Positions 19,701-27,651 of a stretch of DNA of 31,977 bases are shown here, piece after piece. Both the position numbers and the translations under genes were made by a program. Under the pieces are notes generated by a model that made no database searches, was not told the origin of the DNA, and was given only the letters and a program-made list of their open reading frames with translations. This DNA is from Snowella sp. (lineage in GTDB: Bacteria > Cyanobacteriota > Cyanobacteriia > Cyanobacteriales > Microcystaceae): NCBI GenBank assembly GCA_035285545.1, contig JAYKGY010000111.1:1-31977 (forward strand). The letters are read 5' to 3'. Position 1 is the first letter of the stretch; the number at the start of each line of letters is the position of its first letter.

Positions 19701-20223
19701 AAATGACTTGGGCGGTCATTACCTCCGCAACGGTTCGCAGACGCAAGAGATCAACGGGTTGCAGGATCTGCCGTAAACTTTCGTGGGTCAATAAACCGAC
19801 CACTTCACCGCGATCGCTGACTAGGGGGAGATGGCGAATTTGATAGGTTTGAAAACAATTAATGGCAGCAAAAATATCGATGAAGTCAGATTCTTTGAGG
19901 GTATGGACGGGGGATACCATCACTTCTGCAATGTTTGTTTCCGCTAAGTTGTATTTCCTCGAACTAATGCGGACTAAATCCCGTTCGGTAACGATACCAA
20001 CTAATTGGCCCTGATCCACGACGAGTACACAGGTCGTTTTTGCTTTCGTCAGTTGTAAACGACGCTCTCCATCAATGTCACAACTGAGGGCACAGGATTG
20101 ATTATAGGCACTCATCAACGCGATCGCCTCAATGACCTTAGCCCCCACCGTAACGATTAAAGGATCACGGATAATGGGTAATTGCAACTGGGTAGCGGTC
20201 AGAGGAGTTTGAGACGGCAACAT
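16717..20223 (-). CDS. CBS(x4)-PAS/PAC(x3)-GGDEF-EAL diguanylate cyclase/phosphodiesterase
   Basis: CBS motifs (GIVTERD, IRHLPLV, GIITERD, GIVTQ), PAS (VHPDDR…EYRIIRPDG, DITERK), HDPLTNLPNR, RETD-LVARL-GGDEF, GFEALIRW and DDFGTGYSSL. Confidence 0.93.
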   Translation of the reverse strand: MLPSQTPLTATQLQLPIIRDPLIVTVGAKVIEAIALMSAYNQSCALSCDIDGERRLQLTKAKTTCVLVVDQGQLVGIVTERDLVRISSRKYNLAETNIAEVMVSPVHTLKESDFIDIFAAINCFQTYQIRHLPLVSDRGEVVGLLTHESLRQILQPVDLLRLRTVAEVMTAQVICSPPTASILELTELMSQNRVSSVVIAHQKEDGAFYPIGIITERDIVQFLNLDLDFSRIDAQTVMSSPVFSVNPEISLWATHNVMQERQINRLVVADEQGRLQGIVTQTTLLNALDPLEIYQLVNTLEQKLSQLKTENLQLLQNRNSQLEQLVEERTLELRESHEIFRQFADNHQGVVIIFDREKVENRVLYVSPAYEKIFGQSCEDFYNNPAVWLNAVHPDDRDRVIQAYLIGKKQGIFNEEYRIIRPDGEIRWIWGRCFPIRNMAGEIYRTGNITEDITERKQAERELEQQENFLRTVIDTSQNRIFVNDQAGNYLLANQASAQYYQLPVEDLLSKTLTDLELPETLDTIQQINETVIRCDREQIIPAEKTINPSGEENWWQWQKYPITVPRENIRAVLSVGINITEQKQTEERLKESEQRLRESESLLSAMFEGSAVGIVVVDTNGYFIRANTAYQKMVGYSSQELKTKNFLELTPLDYQTKNWNLFQSVIQGKQASFQIEKPYYRRDGSSLWVRVTASKIASEPNKPTLLVEVIEDISAQKQAQELIHHNALHDPLTNLPNRTLLMERIELALKRAKRVKNYNFALLFLDLDRFKIINDSLGHLVGDQLLIHVANKLKSYLRETDLVARLGGDEFVILLEDIANTKQASQVAERILNDCQLPFMVGDYEMSINTSIGLVVASQDYEKASDLLRDADIAMYKAKIPGGNNYRIFDNQMHIQALSRLNLETSLRKALDRDEFVVYYQPIMDIVSDRLVGFEALIRWQHPERGLLSPNHFMPIAEETGLVIGIDCWVIESACQQIAQWKDHFSCRFPLKVSLNLSAHHLQKTSLIQDIDTILNCTGLTGEAITLEITESMLIENINKSIQILEQLKARNIQISIDDFGTGYSSLNYLHRLPADNLKIDRSFVSQMQEGNRNYQVVSTIIALSNQLGLAVVGEGIETYQQLQWLKQLGCEFGQGYLFSKPLTATEIETYFLSPNCQVLIPSTLSI

Positions 20224-20365
20224 TGATAGGTGAGAGGAGGCTAAAAAGAATTCAACCTGAATAACTTACAATAATTCTTTGGTCTGAATTAATGGTGACA
20301 CAGATCACCTTCGAGTGCTATTTGCCCAAATTTCTAAAAAGCTCAATTTGCTGTCTGTTAACGCC

Positions 20366-21508
20366 CTACTTTTTTAATAATAAATAGTACAGTTGCCCGT
20401 CATCGCTCATTAATCCCGCGCGATCGCCCGCGAGTTGTCCCATTCCCATGAAAATATCGACGCGACCGGGCCCTTTAATAGCACTTCCCGTATCGTGGTC
20501 TAAAACGTAACGGCTGACCCATTCTTTTTGTAAATTGGCATTGGGAATTTGGGTGACTAAAACGGCTAATGCCCCTGGTGGCATCAAAGACTTATCCGTT
20601 GCAATGGATCGTTCTGCAATCACCGGAACCCCTAAACTGCCCGTGGCTTTGGCCGTAGCCGAAGTTTCTCGAAAGAAAATAAACCGATTATTGCGGGGAA
20701 TATAGCGGTCTACAGCGGCTGGATTTTTCTTAAAATAATCAATAAGAACGGGTAAGGTTAATTCCCCTGGTTGAAAAACACCGTCTTGCACTAATTCTTT
20801 TCCTAAACTGACGTAGGGGTAATCCGTATTGCCATCAAAACTGACAGAAATGGTTTTACCATCCGTTAATTGCAATTTAGCCGAGCCTTGAATTTGTACT
20901 AAATAGGGTTCTAAGCGATCCTTAAACCAAACCAATTCCCCCCCTTTGATCAGGCTATTATTGCCTAATCCATCGGTTCCTTCTAGCTGCGATCGCGTCG
21001 GGTGAGGTTTAGACCAATTGTTAAAATTCCTGGGTTTACGGTAAAGGGGATAACGATATTCTGCGGTTCTACGGCGGCTGGCTCGATAAGTCGGTTCAAA
21101 ATATCCGGTAAAATGTACCGTTCCCTGATTATCATTGCCCACTGCCTGATAGAACACAAATTCCCGTTTAACTGCCTTTTGTAAAGCTTCTGCATTGGGA
21201 GATTGGTTCACTAGGGTACGAAAACGAATGAGGGAGCGTCTGACCCGCCCTAAGGTAACGCCTTTAACGGGATAATTGCGATAGGCTTTAGCGGCATTTG
21301 GAGAATTGAGATAACGCAAGCTCAAATCTATCGCCTGCAATAGAGCAGCCCGATCCTTTTTCCACAGTTGATCATCACGGCCAACAAGTTCCGCATTGGG
21401 AAAGGATTGTACAGGAATTAACGGTAAATTTTGAGCTTGTAATAGGGGGGATGAAATAAACAGCAGCCCCCAAGTTAAAAATGCAGTTTTTATTGGATTT
21501 TCAATCAT
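20366..21508 (-). CDS. mltA: Membrane-bound lytic murein transglycosylase A family (MltA + 3D domain)
   Basis: FTGYFEP, VQIQGS, YVSLGKEL, RSIATD and DTGSAIKGPGRVDIF. Confidence 0.92.
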   Translation of the reverse strand: MIENPIKTAFLTWGLLFISSPLLQAQNLPLIPVQSFPNAELVGRDDQLWKKDRAALLQAIDLSLRYLNSPNAAKAYRNYPVKGVTLGRVRRSLIRFRTLVNQSPNAEALQKAVKREFVFYQAVGNDNQGTVHFTGYFEPTYRASRRRTAEYRYPLYRKPRNFNNWSKPHPTRSQLEGTDGLGNNSLIKGGELVWFKDRLEPYLVQIQGSAKLQLTDGKTISVSFDGNTDYPYVSLGKELVQDGVFQPGELTLPVLIDYFKKNPAAVDRYIPRNNRFIFFRETSATAKATGSLGVPVIAERSIATDKSLMPPGALAVLVTQIPNANLQKEWVSRYVLDHDTGSAIKGPGRVDIFMGMGQLAGDRAGLMSDDGQLYYLLLKK

Positions 21509-21707
21509 ATTCTCAATTAGGTCACGAATTCGCTTTAATCTTTACAGATCAACCCAATCAAAAATTAAGATAACGTAAGTTAAATCGCGATGGGTTAAAA
21601 AAACAAGAATTTTATTTTAAGTCCTGATTTATACGGGGGATAAAAGGTTCTTTTTCATCGGAATCTGAGTTTTAAGAAGAGAACATCAGGCCAGGCGATC
21701 GCTGTCC

Positions 21708-22490
21708 TTAAAGGGTATCGGAAAAGTTTAGGGTGGGATAGTCGGCTTCTCGATGGAAATGGGTCATATCGGTAAAGCGTCGCAGTTGGATTTCGGAAAT
21801 TTTTAAAACTTGCGGTTCCATCTCTAACCAATGATCATTGAGTTGGCAAAGGGTCTGGGTGCAGCAATCCCGATCCAAGTCTGCCGGAATTTCATCAAAA
21901 TATCCCAACGTAATATGGGCAGTATAGTGATATTGCTGTTCAATTCCCAGGGCAATTAATTCAGGGTTTTGATACAGCGATCGCCGCAATTGGAGAATGG
22001 GTAAATAGTCAGCTTCCTGTTTGGGAACAAGGGCAACGGCTAGGGCACGGGGAAAGACTAATAAACCAAGGATTTGCCATTGAATACAATTATTTTCTAA
22101 CCAGGAGGGCTTGTATTGCTGAAAACTGTCTCGAATGCAATCTTTAAGTTGGGTTTCAAATTGGAGATTTTCGGCGATCGCGGCTTTGTATTGACTCTCC
22201 CAAATAAGGTCGGCAATGGTGAGATGGAAACTCTCTGGGGGCAAGGGAATCAAAAAGTTACCAAAGGCAGAAACTAGGCGAGCTTGAACTTCGATTAACC
22301 CTCGATAAAAATTGTCATTCTGAGCATCTTCGTTACCAGGGGGCGTAATGATGCTGTAGCCAGGAAACGCGATCGCTTTCCCTTGCTGAAACTTGGGAGA
22401 GGCTTGAATATGGGGAAGTTGAGATTGGTAGGTAGCGGGTAAGGTAAGTGGGGCTACCCGATTGACATAAATTTGATAGGTATCGTCCAA
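21708..22490 (-). CDS. 2H-phosphoesterase superfamily protein (DUF1868-like)
   Basis: Two HxT motifs (SFHLTI, AHITLGYF) and an N-terminal 'KF…F.G.SII'. TTG start. Confidence 0.8.
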   Translation of the reverse strand: MDDTYQIYVNRVAPLTLPATYQSQLPHIQASPKFQQGKAIAFPGYSIITPPGNEDAQNDNFYRGLIEVQARLVSAFGNFLIPLPPESFHLTIADLIWESQYKAAIAENLQFETQLKDCIRDSFQQYKPSWLENNCIQWQILGLLVFPRALAVALVPKQEADYLPILQLRRSLYQNPELIALGIEQQYHYTAHITLGYFDEIPADLDRDCCTQTLCQLNDHWLEMEPQVLKISEIQLRRFTDMTHFHREADYPTLNFSDTL

Positions 22491-22582
22491 AAGAGTTCCC
22501 TCCGAAGCTAAAACAAATAGCCTTTCTGCCAGTTTACTGGTTTTCGGGGATCACTTTAGTTATCAACCGTTAAAATTTAACA

Positions 22583-22683
22583 GAATCATTTACGGAGAAC
22601 AGACTGTCGAGTTTATTTTGCAGATCTCAAAGTTCGCTGGGAAAAATCCAATTGTTTTTGTTACCTGTGATCACCGCGATCGC
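22583..22683 (+). pseudogene. Uma2-family gene fragment
   Basis: Aligns to 23648-23765 of the intact Uma2 gene (NHLRRTDCRVYFADLKVRWEKSNCF…VTCDHRDR) with a 17-nt deletion. Confidence 0.88.
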
Positions 22684-22761
22684 TGTTTTACGCAGAAGCC
22701 GGAATCTCTGATAAAACTAGGTTAAAGTAAACAAATTGTTAGTGTGTAAAGGAGAAATATA

Positions 22762-23061
22762 ATGGCAGTTGCGATTGATATTGGCTCATTGATTACAAGA
22801 ACACCAGGGTTACATGGTGAGGCTCCCCATATTGTGGGTAAAGGAGTAACAGTACGACGGATCGTGAGTTGGTATCAGCGAGGTTTAATACCAGAAGAGA
22901 TTGCCCATCGCATTGGCCATGTAACATTGGCTGAAGTTTATGCCGCGTTGACTTATTACCACGCTAACCGTGCGGAAATTGAGGCGGATTTGCAACAGGA
23001 AGCATTGATGGCCAAGGCTTTAGAGGAGCAATATATTCAAGCGGGAGAGTCGCTTCTATGA
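22762..23061 (+). CDS. DUF433 family antitoxin (VapB45-like HTH)
   Basis: ITRTPGLHGEAPHIVG..VTV…G..PEEIA…LAEVYAALTYY..NRAEIE, with an AAGGAG RBS upstream. Confidence 0.92.
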   Translation: MAVAIDIGSLITRTPGLHGEAPHIVGKGVTVRRIVSWYQRGLIPEEIAHRIGHVTLAEVYAALTYYHANRAEIEADLQQEALMAKALEEQYIQAGESLL

Positions 23062-23423
23062 ATTCAGTTCGATTGTATCTTGATGAAGATTCAATGGATT
23101 GGGTTCTAGTGGAGGCTTTGCGATCGCGGGGTGTAGATATTATGACAGTACAGGAGGTTGGAACTCAGGGTTATCGGGATGATGAGCAATTAAGTTGGGC
23201 AACAGATCACAGTAGGGTTCTCTATAGTCATAATATTGCAGATTTTTGTCGTCTACATTCTGAATGGGTTGGATTGGGACGGGTACATTCGGGAATTGCA
23301 CTAATGGCACAGGATACGGCAATTGGCGATCAAATAAGAGGACTTACGGGGTTAATTCGTCTGAGAACGGCTGAGACGATGGTGAATCAACTTTTGTTTT
23401 TACGACAGTTTATTGTGGATTAA
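23058..23423 (+). CDS. DUF5615 PIN-like toxin (VapC45-like)
   Basis: LYLDED…LRSRGVD…DDEQL.WA…RVLYSHN..DF…HSGI, with an ATGA overlap with the DUF433 gene. Confidence 0.88.
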   Translation: MNSVRLYLDEDSMDWVLVEALRSRGVDIMTVQEVGTQGYRDDEQLSWATDHSRVLYSHNIADFCRLHSEWVGLGRVHSGIALMAQDTAIGDQIRGLTGLIRLRTAETMVNQLLFLRQFIVD

Positions 23424-23486
23424 CGGTGATTAAATTGATTTAAACTTAATTCTTGGTCTTTTTAGTCAGAATTTACCGATATTTTT

Positions 23487-24080
23487 ATGGTTGCCCTTTC
23501 AGATCCTTACTACCTTGCGCCTGAAGGCTATCTTCAACAGGAAGCACAGAGCACTATCAAGCATGAATATATTAATGGCAAAGTTTTTGCAATGGTCGGA
23601 ACTGATAATCACAACACGATTGCCCTTAATCTAGCCAGTTTAATTCGGAATCATCTGAGGGGAACCGATTGTCGCGTTTATTTTGCCGATCTTAAAGTTC
23701 GTTTAGAAAAACCCAATTGTTTTTATTACCCTGATGTCTTTGTTACCTGTGATCCCCGCGATCGCGAAACTTCGACCTATAAACGTTTTCCTAAATTTAT
23801 TTTAGAAGTGTTGTCCGATAGTACAGAAGCCTTTGATCGAGGGGATAAATTCAATGATTATCAAACGATTGAAAGTTTGCAGGAATACGTATTAGTTAAC
23901 AGCAAACAGCAACGGGTTGAAGTTTTTCGGCAAGATGAGGACGGAATATGGTTATATCAACGTTATCGCCCTATCAACCAAACGATTTTTTTCCAAAGTC
24001 TTGACTTAACGATTAACTTTATCGATCTTTATGAAGATGTGGATCTTGTAAGTCCCCTTAACCCTGATTCAGTAAATTAA
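23487..24080 (+). CDS. Uma2 family (DUF820) PD-(D/E)xK endonuclease-like protein
   Basis: KHEYING…HN.I, YYPDVFVTCD, EVLSDSTEAFDRGDKF..Y and SLQEYVLV. Confidence 0.93.
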   Translation: MVALSDPYYLAPEGYLQQEAQSTIKHEYINGKVFAMVGTDNHNTIALNLASLIRNHLRGTDCRVYFADLKVRLEKPNCFYYPDVFVTCDPRDRETSTYKRFPKFILEVLSDSTEAFDRGDKFNDYQTIESLQEYVLVNSKQQRVEVFRQDEDGIWLYQRYRPINQTIFFQSLDLTINFIDLYEDVDLVSPLNPDSVN

Positions 24081-24922
24081 TGACCAACCCCATTTCCCAA
24101 TCTGGCCGCGCTAATCATTTAATAACTTACTTAGTTTTAGGAATTATTGCCCTGGCCATGCTCTTTCCGTTGTTTTGGTTACTCAGTACCAGCCTAAAAT
24201 CTCCAACGGAAGATATTTTTGCCTCTCCCCTTCAAATTCTTCCCACGCAGCCCACCCTAGCGAATTTCCTTTCTGTTTGGCAAAATTATCCCTTTGCGCG
24301 GTATTTGCTTAATAGTACGATTGTGGCAAGTTTAACAGTCAGTTTAAACCTACTATTTTGCTCTCTCGCGGCCTATCCCTTAGCGCGGTTGAATTTTAAA
24401 GGGCGCGATATGCTGTTAGCCTCCATTGTGGCGACGTTGATGATTCCGTTTCAAATTGTCATGATTCCGCTTTATATCTTGACGGTGCAATTTGGCTTAC
24501 GGAATACCTATTTGGGAGTGATTTTTCCTGGGTTGGCTTCAGCTTTTGGCATTTTTCTCCTGCGGCAAGCCTTTCAAGGCGTTCCCAAGGAATTGGAAGA
24601 AGCGGCTCGGATTGATGGCTGTAGTGAATTGGGAATTTGGTGGCACATTATGATCCCGTCTGTGCGTCCTTCGTTGGCAACCTTGGCGATTTTTGTGTTT
24701 ATCGGTGCCTGGAGTGATTTCTTGTGGCCCTTGATTGTTTTGGATCAACCCGATTATTTTACTTTGCCTTTGGGCGTAGCCAAGTTAGCGAGTGCCCTAG
24801 ATTTTGATTGGCGTTTAATTGCGGCGGGTTCGATTATTTCCATTACGCCGATTATTCTACTCTTTGTCTTTTTACAACGCTATGTTATTCCCACCGAAGC
24901 AGGCAGCGGCGTAAAAGGCTAA
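24080..24922 (+). CDS. Carbohydrate ABC transporter permease (MalG/UgpE-like)
   Basis: STSLKS, LAAYPLAR, EAA loop (PKELEEAARIDG) and WSDFLWPLIV. TAATG overlap with the Uma2 stop. Confidence 0.93.
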   Translation: MTNPISQSGRANHLITYLVLGIIALAMLFPLFWLLSTSLKSPTEDIFASPLQILPTQPTLANFLSVWQNYPFARYLLNSTIVASLTVSLNLLFCSLAAYPLARLNFKGRDMLLASIVATLMIPFQIVMIPLYILTVQFGLRNTYLGVIFPGLASAFGIFLLRQAFQGVPKELEEAARIDGCSELGIWWHIMIPSVRPSLATLAIFVFIGAWSDFLWPLIVLDQPDYFTLPLGVAKLASALDFDWRLIAAGSIISITPIILLFVFLQRYVIPTEAGSGVKG

Positions 24923-24950
24923 TTTTTAACTGTTTTCATCAATTTATTAC

Positions 24951-24982
24951 AATTATTAATTATTAATTATTAATTGTTAATT
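24951..24982. repeat. Heptamer tandem repeat (AATTATT)x~4.5
   Basis: AATTATT AATTATT AATTATT AATTGTT AATT. Confidence 0.8.
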
Positions 24983-25030
24983 CTCTTTGGTAGGATCAGT
25001 AATTAAGTTCTAATTTTTATTGAAACGACT

Positions 25031-25552
25031 ATGCCGCGATCGCAACGTAACGATAACTTTATTGATAAAAGCTTTACCGTCATGGCAGATATTATCCTCA
25101 AAATGCTGCCAACTAATCGCAAAGCCAAAGAAGCGTTTGTTTATTACCGAGATGGGATGTCTGCCCAAGCGGAAGGGGAATACGCCGAAGCCTTAGAAAA
25201 TTACGAAGAGGCATTGACCTTAGAGGATAATCCTGGCGATCGCAGCTATATTTTGTATAATATCGGTTTGATTCATGCCAGTAATGGGGAATACGAAAGA
25301 GCTTTAGGCTATTATCACGAAGCGATTGAACTCAATCCCCAAATGCCATCCGCTTTAAATAATATTGCGGTTATTTATCACTATTTAGGGGAAAAAGCGA
25401 AGGAAGCAGGCAATGAAAATGAAGGGGAAGACCTGTTTGATAAAGCCGCAGAATACTGGAAACAGGCCATTCGTTTTGCGCCCAATAATTATATCGAAGC
25501 CCAAAATTGGCTAAAAATTACGGGACGTTCTGAGATGGACGTGTTCTTTTAA
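25031..25552 (+). CDS. ycf3: Photosystem I assembly protein Ycf3
   Basis: [16 protein letters not shown]…[18 protein letters not shown]…[17 protein letters not shown]. Confidence 0.98.
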   Translation: MPRSQRNDNFIDKSFTVMADIILKMLPTNRKAKEAFVYYRDGMSAQAEGEYAEALENYEEALTLEDNPGDRSYILYNIGLIHASNGEYERALGYYHEAIELNPQMPSALNNIAVIYHYLGEKAKEAGNENEGEDLFDKAAEYWKQAIRFAPNNYIEAQNWLKITGRSEMDVFF

Positions 25553-25554
25553 TT

Positions 25555-25584
25555 AATAATGAATAGTTAATAGTGAATAATTAA
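25555..25584. repeat. Degenerate heptamer tandem repeat (AATARTK)x4
   Basis: AATAATG AATAGTT AATAGTG AATAATT AA. Confidence 0.65.
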
Positions 25585-25607
25585 CTAGTTGCAATTTAAT
25601 ATCCGAT

Positions 25608-25630
25608 GTGGGATGGGCATCTTGCCCGTC
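25608..25630 (+). repeat. REP-like palindrome
   Basis: GTGG + GATGGGCA-TCT-TGCCCGTC hairpin, the GTRG-plus-palindrome layout of REP sequences. Confidence 0.65.
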
Positions 25631-25670
25631 AATAGGCTAAAAACTTCACGTTTCTCACAACAACAATAAA

Positions 25671-25967
25671 ATGCTTGATCAAGAACAGGTTCATAAAATT
25701 GCTCATTTAGCACGCTTAGACATTACTCCTGAGGAAGAAAATCAGTTTTCAGGGCAACTTAGCAGTATTTTGGCGTATTTTGAACAATTGAGTGAATTGG
25801 ATACCACCGATGTTCTCCCCACCACTCGCGCCATTGAGTTGAGTAACATTACTCGTCCTGATGCGTCCGTTGTTTATGCCCACCGAGAGGATCTGTTAAA
25901 CGAAGCTCCTGAGCAGGAAGGAGATTTTTTCCGTGTGCCCCAAATCCTTTCCACAGATGAAGATTAA
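25671..25967 (+). CDS. gatC: Asp-tRNA(Asn)/Glu-tRNA(Gln) amidotransferase subunit C
   Basis: [10 protein letters not shown]…[16 protein letters not shown]…NITRPD…AP…FFRVPQIL. Confidence 0.96.
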   Translation: MLDQEQVHKIAHLARLDITPEEENQFSGQLSSILAYFEQLSELDTTDVLPTTRAIELSNITRPDASVVYAHREDLLNEAPEQEGDFFRVPQILSTDED

Positions 25968-25971
25968 TCCG

Positions 25972-25980
25972 TGTTATACT
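25972..25980 (+). promoter_or_regulatory. Extended -10 promoter of SRP RNA
   Basis: TGtTATACT, 7 nt upstream of the SRP RNA stem. Confidence 0.7.
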
Positions 25981-25987
25981 AGGCATT

Positions 25988-26081
25988 GACTCGGATTCAT
26001 GCGATCGCAACGCCCAAATCTTGTCAGGACCGGAAGGTAGCAGCAATACGGGATGCTTGAGGTAGGCGTGATCTCCGGGTC
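25988..26081 (+). ncRNA. ffs: Signal recognition particle RNA (4.5S, small bacterial SRP)
   Basis: Conserved domain IV GTCAGGACCGGAAGGTAGCAGC, with closing stem GACTCGGA / TCCGGGTC. Confidence 0.95.
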
Positions 26082-26243
26082 TCTCTGTTTAATCTGCTTA
26101 ATTCGCCGCAGTTTGTTAAGTAAGGTTAACGGAAGAAACCTAAGATTTTTCTCATCTTATTCTGAGTTTGATTTATATCTAGGCTACCGACTAATGCTAT
26201 CCTAAAAAGTGTTAACTTACGATGACAGAGAGGCAGCGAAGCC

Positions 26244-26351
26244 ATGCAGGTTAATAATTTAGGCTTTATCGCTAGTATTCTATTTGTATTGGTTCCGACT
26301 GTGTTTTTGCTAATTCTGTATATTCAAACAGGCAAGCAGGGCCAAAGTTAA
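26244..26351 (+). CDS. psbM: Photosystem II reaction centre protein PsbM (35 aa; below the ORF-track cutoff)
   Basis: [35 protein letters not shown], with a GAGAGG RBS upstream. Confidence 0.97.
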   Translation: MQVNNLGFIASILFVLVPTVFLLILYIQTGKQGQS

Positions 26352-26383
26352 GCCATTTTTAAATACAACTATCAAATAATTCA

Positions 26384-26422
26384 AGATGGGGCCGCAGTCT
26401 TTTCTGTAACCCCATCTCTTTT
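26384..26422 (+). terminator. Intrinsic terminator after psbM (possibly bidirectional)
   Basis: AGATGGGG…CCCCATCT stem followed by CTTTT, between convergent psbM and USP genes. Confidence 0.7.
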
Positions 26423-26450
26423 ATGTTTGCTTTATTTTTAGTTAACGGGT

Positions 26451-27308
26451 TTAGGTGGTTCCTTCTTTGCGGGCTAATAGTACCGGACAATTCGCATTCA
26501 CTCGAATATAGTCAGATAAGGAAGTTCCCAACAGACGATCTAGATCGGGTAAACTTCTGGCGATGGAAGGTCGGCGATCGGGCGATCCCAACATCAATAG
26601 ATCAACGCTGTATTCATCGACTAATTCGCAGAGTTTTTCCCCTGGTTTTCCGCCTGTCACCACACAGCGATAGTTAATTCCGTACCGTTTGGCTTTGGCG
26701 ATCGCGGGAGCGAGGACAGGGTTATTTTCCATCTCTTGGCGAGAAAGGGGAAGCAAATCGGGCTTAAGGTCAGGATTCACCCGTGCCAAAATCAATTCGG
26801 CTTCTGGATAATCTTTTAATAAATAAAGGGCGAGATCTAGGGCGTATTCAGCAGCAGCAGACTTATCTAAGGCTACCATCACCCGTTTGAGCCGTTTTAC
26901 ATAAATATCGTCCCTAACCAGTAACATGGCATGGTTAGTGAGTTGGAAAACGTATTGGCTGACGGAGTTTTCTAAAATTGCTTCTAACCGCTTTAAGCCC
27001 CGTGATCCCATTAAGATCAAATCGGCATTCATTTCATCAGCGACTTCACAAACCGTCGTTTTCGGTTCTCCTTGACGCAAGATAGTGGAAACTTTACTGG
27101 GATCGATTTCGACATTTTTCAGGATTTCTGCAATAATTTTGCCCCCTTCGTCCCATTTATCCGCTAAAGAGTCGGCTGTAATTTGGGGCGGGACAACGTG
27201 CAAAATGGTAATGGCGGCTTTTTTAAAGGCAGGGAGATCCATTAAGACTTTAAGCATCTCTTGGGTTTGGGCGGTTCCTGCATCGGCATATAAAATTTTA
27301 TTGAGCAT
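26451..27308 (-). CDS. Universal stress protein (tandem USP domains)
   Basis: KILYAD…ILHVV…GEP…ICEVA-like segment…DLILMGSRG…SVS, and a second domain RVMVALD…DLLMLGS…LLGTSLS…CPVLL. Confidence 0.92.
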   Translation of the reverse strand: MLNKILYADAGTAQTQEMLKVLMDLPAFKKAAITILHVVPPQITADSLADKWDEGGKIIAEILKNVEIDPSKVSTILRQGEPKTTVCEVADEMNADLILMGSRGLKRLEAILENSVSQYVFQLTNHAMLLVRDDIYVKRLKRVMVALDKSAAAEYALDLALYLLKDYPEAELILARVNPDLKPDLLPLSRQEMENNPVLAPAIAKAKRYGINYRCVVTGGKPGEKLCELVDEYSVDLLMLGSPDRRPSIARSLPDLDRLLGTSLSDYIRVNANCPVLLARKEGTT

Positions 27309-27651
27309 TGTCGCTAAATTCCTCAGCTATTTGAAACAATATCATTTAATGAGGGAGGGCGAAGGTTCTCCGCGATGAAGGCCAAATTGGCTTTCTATTT
27401 ATTAGAATACTTCCAATGTTGGCGCACAAATTTAACAACTTATTACAACTACAACGTCAATTTGATATAAGCTTTAATCTTTTAATGATTAGTATAGATT
27501 TTATTTAATCACACTGGTTTTATCGCTTATATTGCCTCTATTCACCCGATTTAAGATTTAACAACGGCAACTGAAGATTTCAGTGAGATAAGAGCGTCTT
27601 TTCAAGCAATTGTTATCAAGCTTGGTTTAAGGATTTAAAGCCTTGGCTCAT

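Noticed and set aside
25849..26046. 65-aa minus-strand ORF
   Set aside because: Antisense to gatC and SRP RNA, so a shadow ORF.
27431..27455. TTAACAACT/TTACAACT direct repeat upstream of the USP gene as an HLR1 (RpaB) site
   Set aside because: Only a partial match in AT-rich DNA, which is not enough without TSS data.
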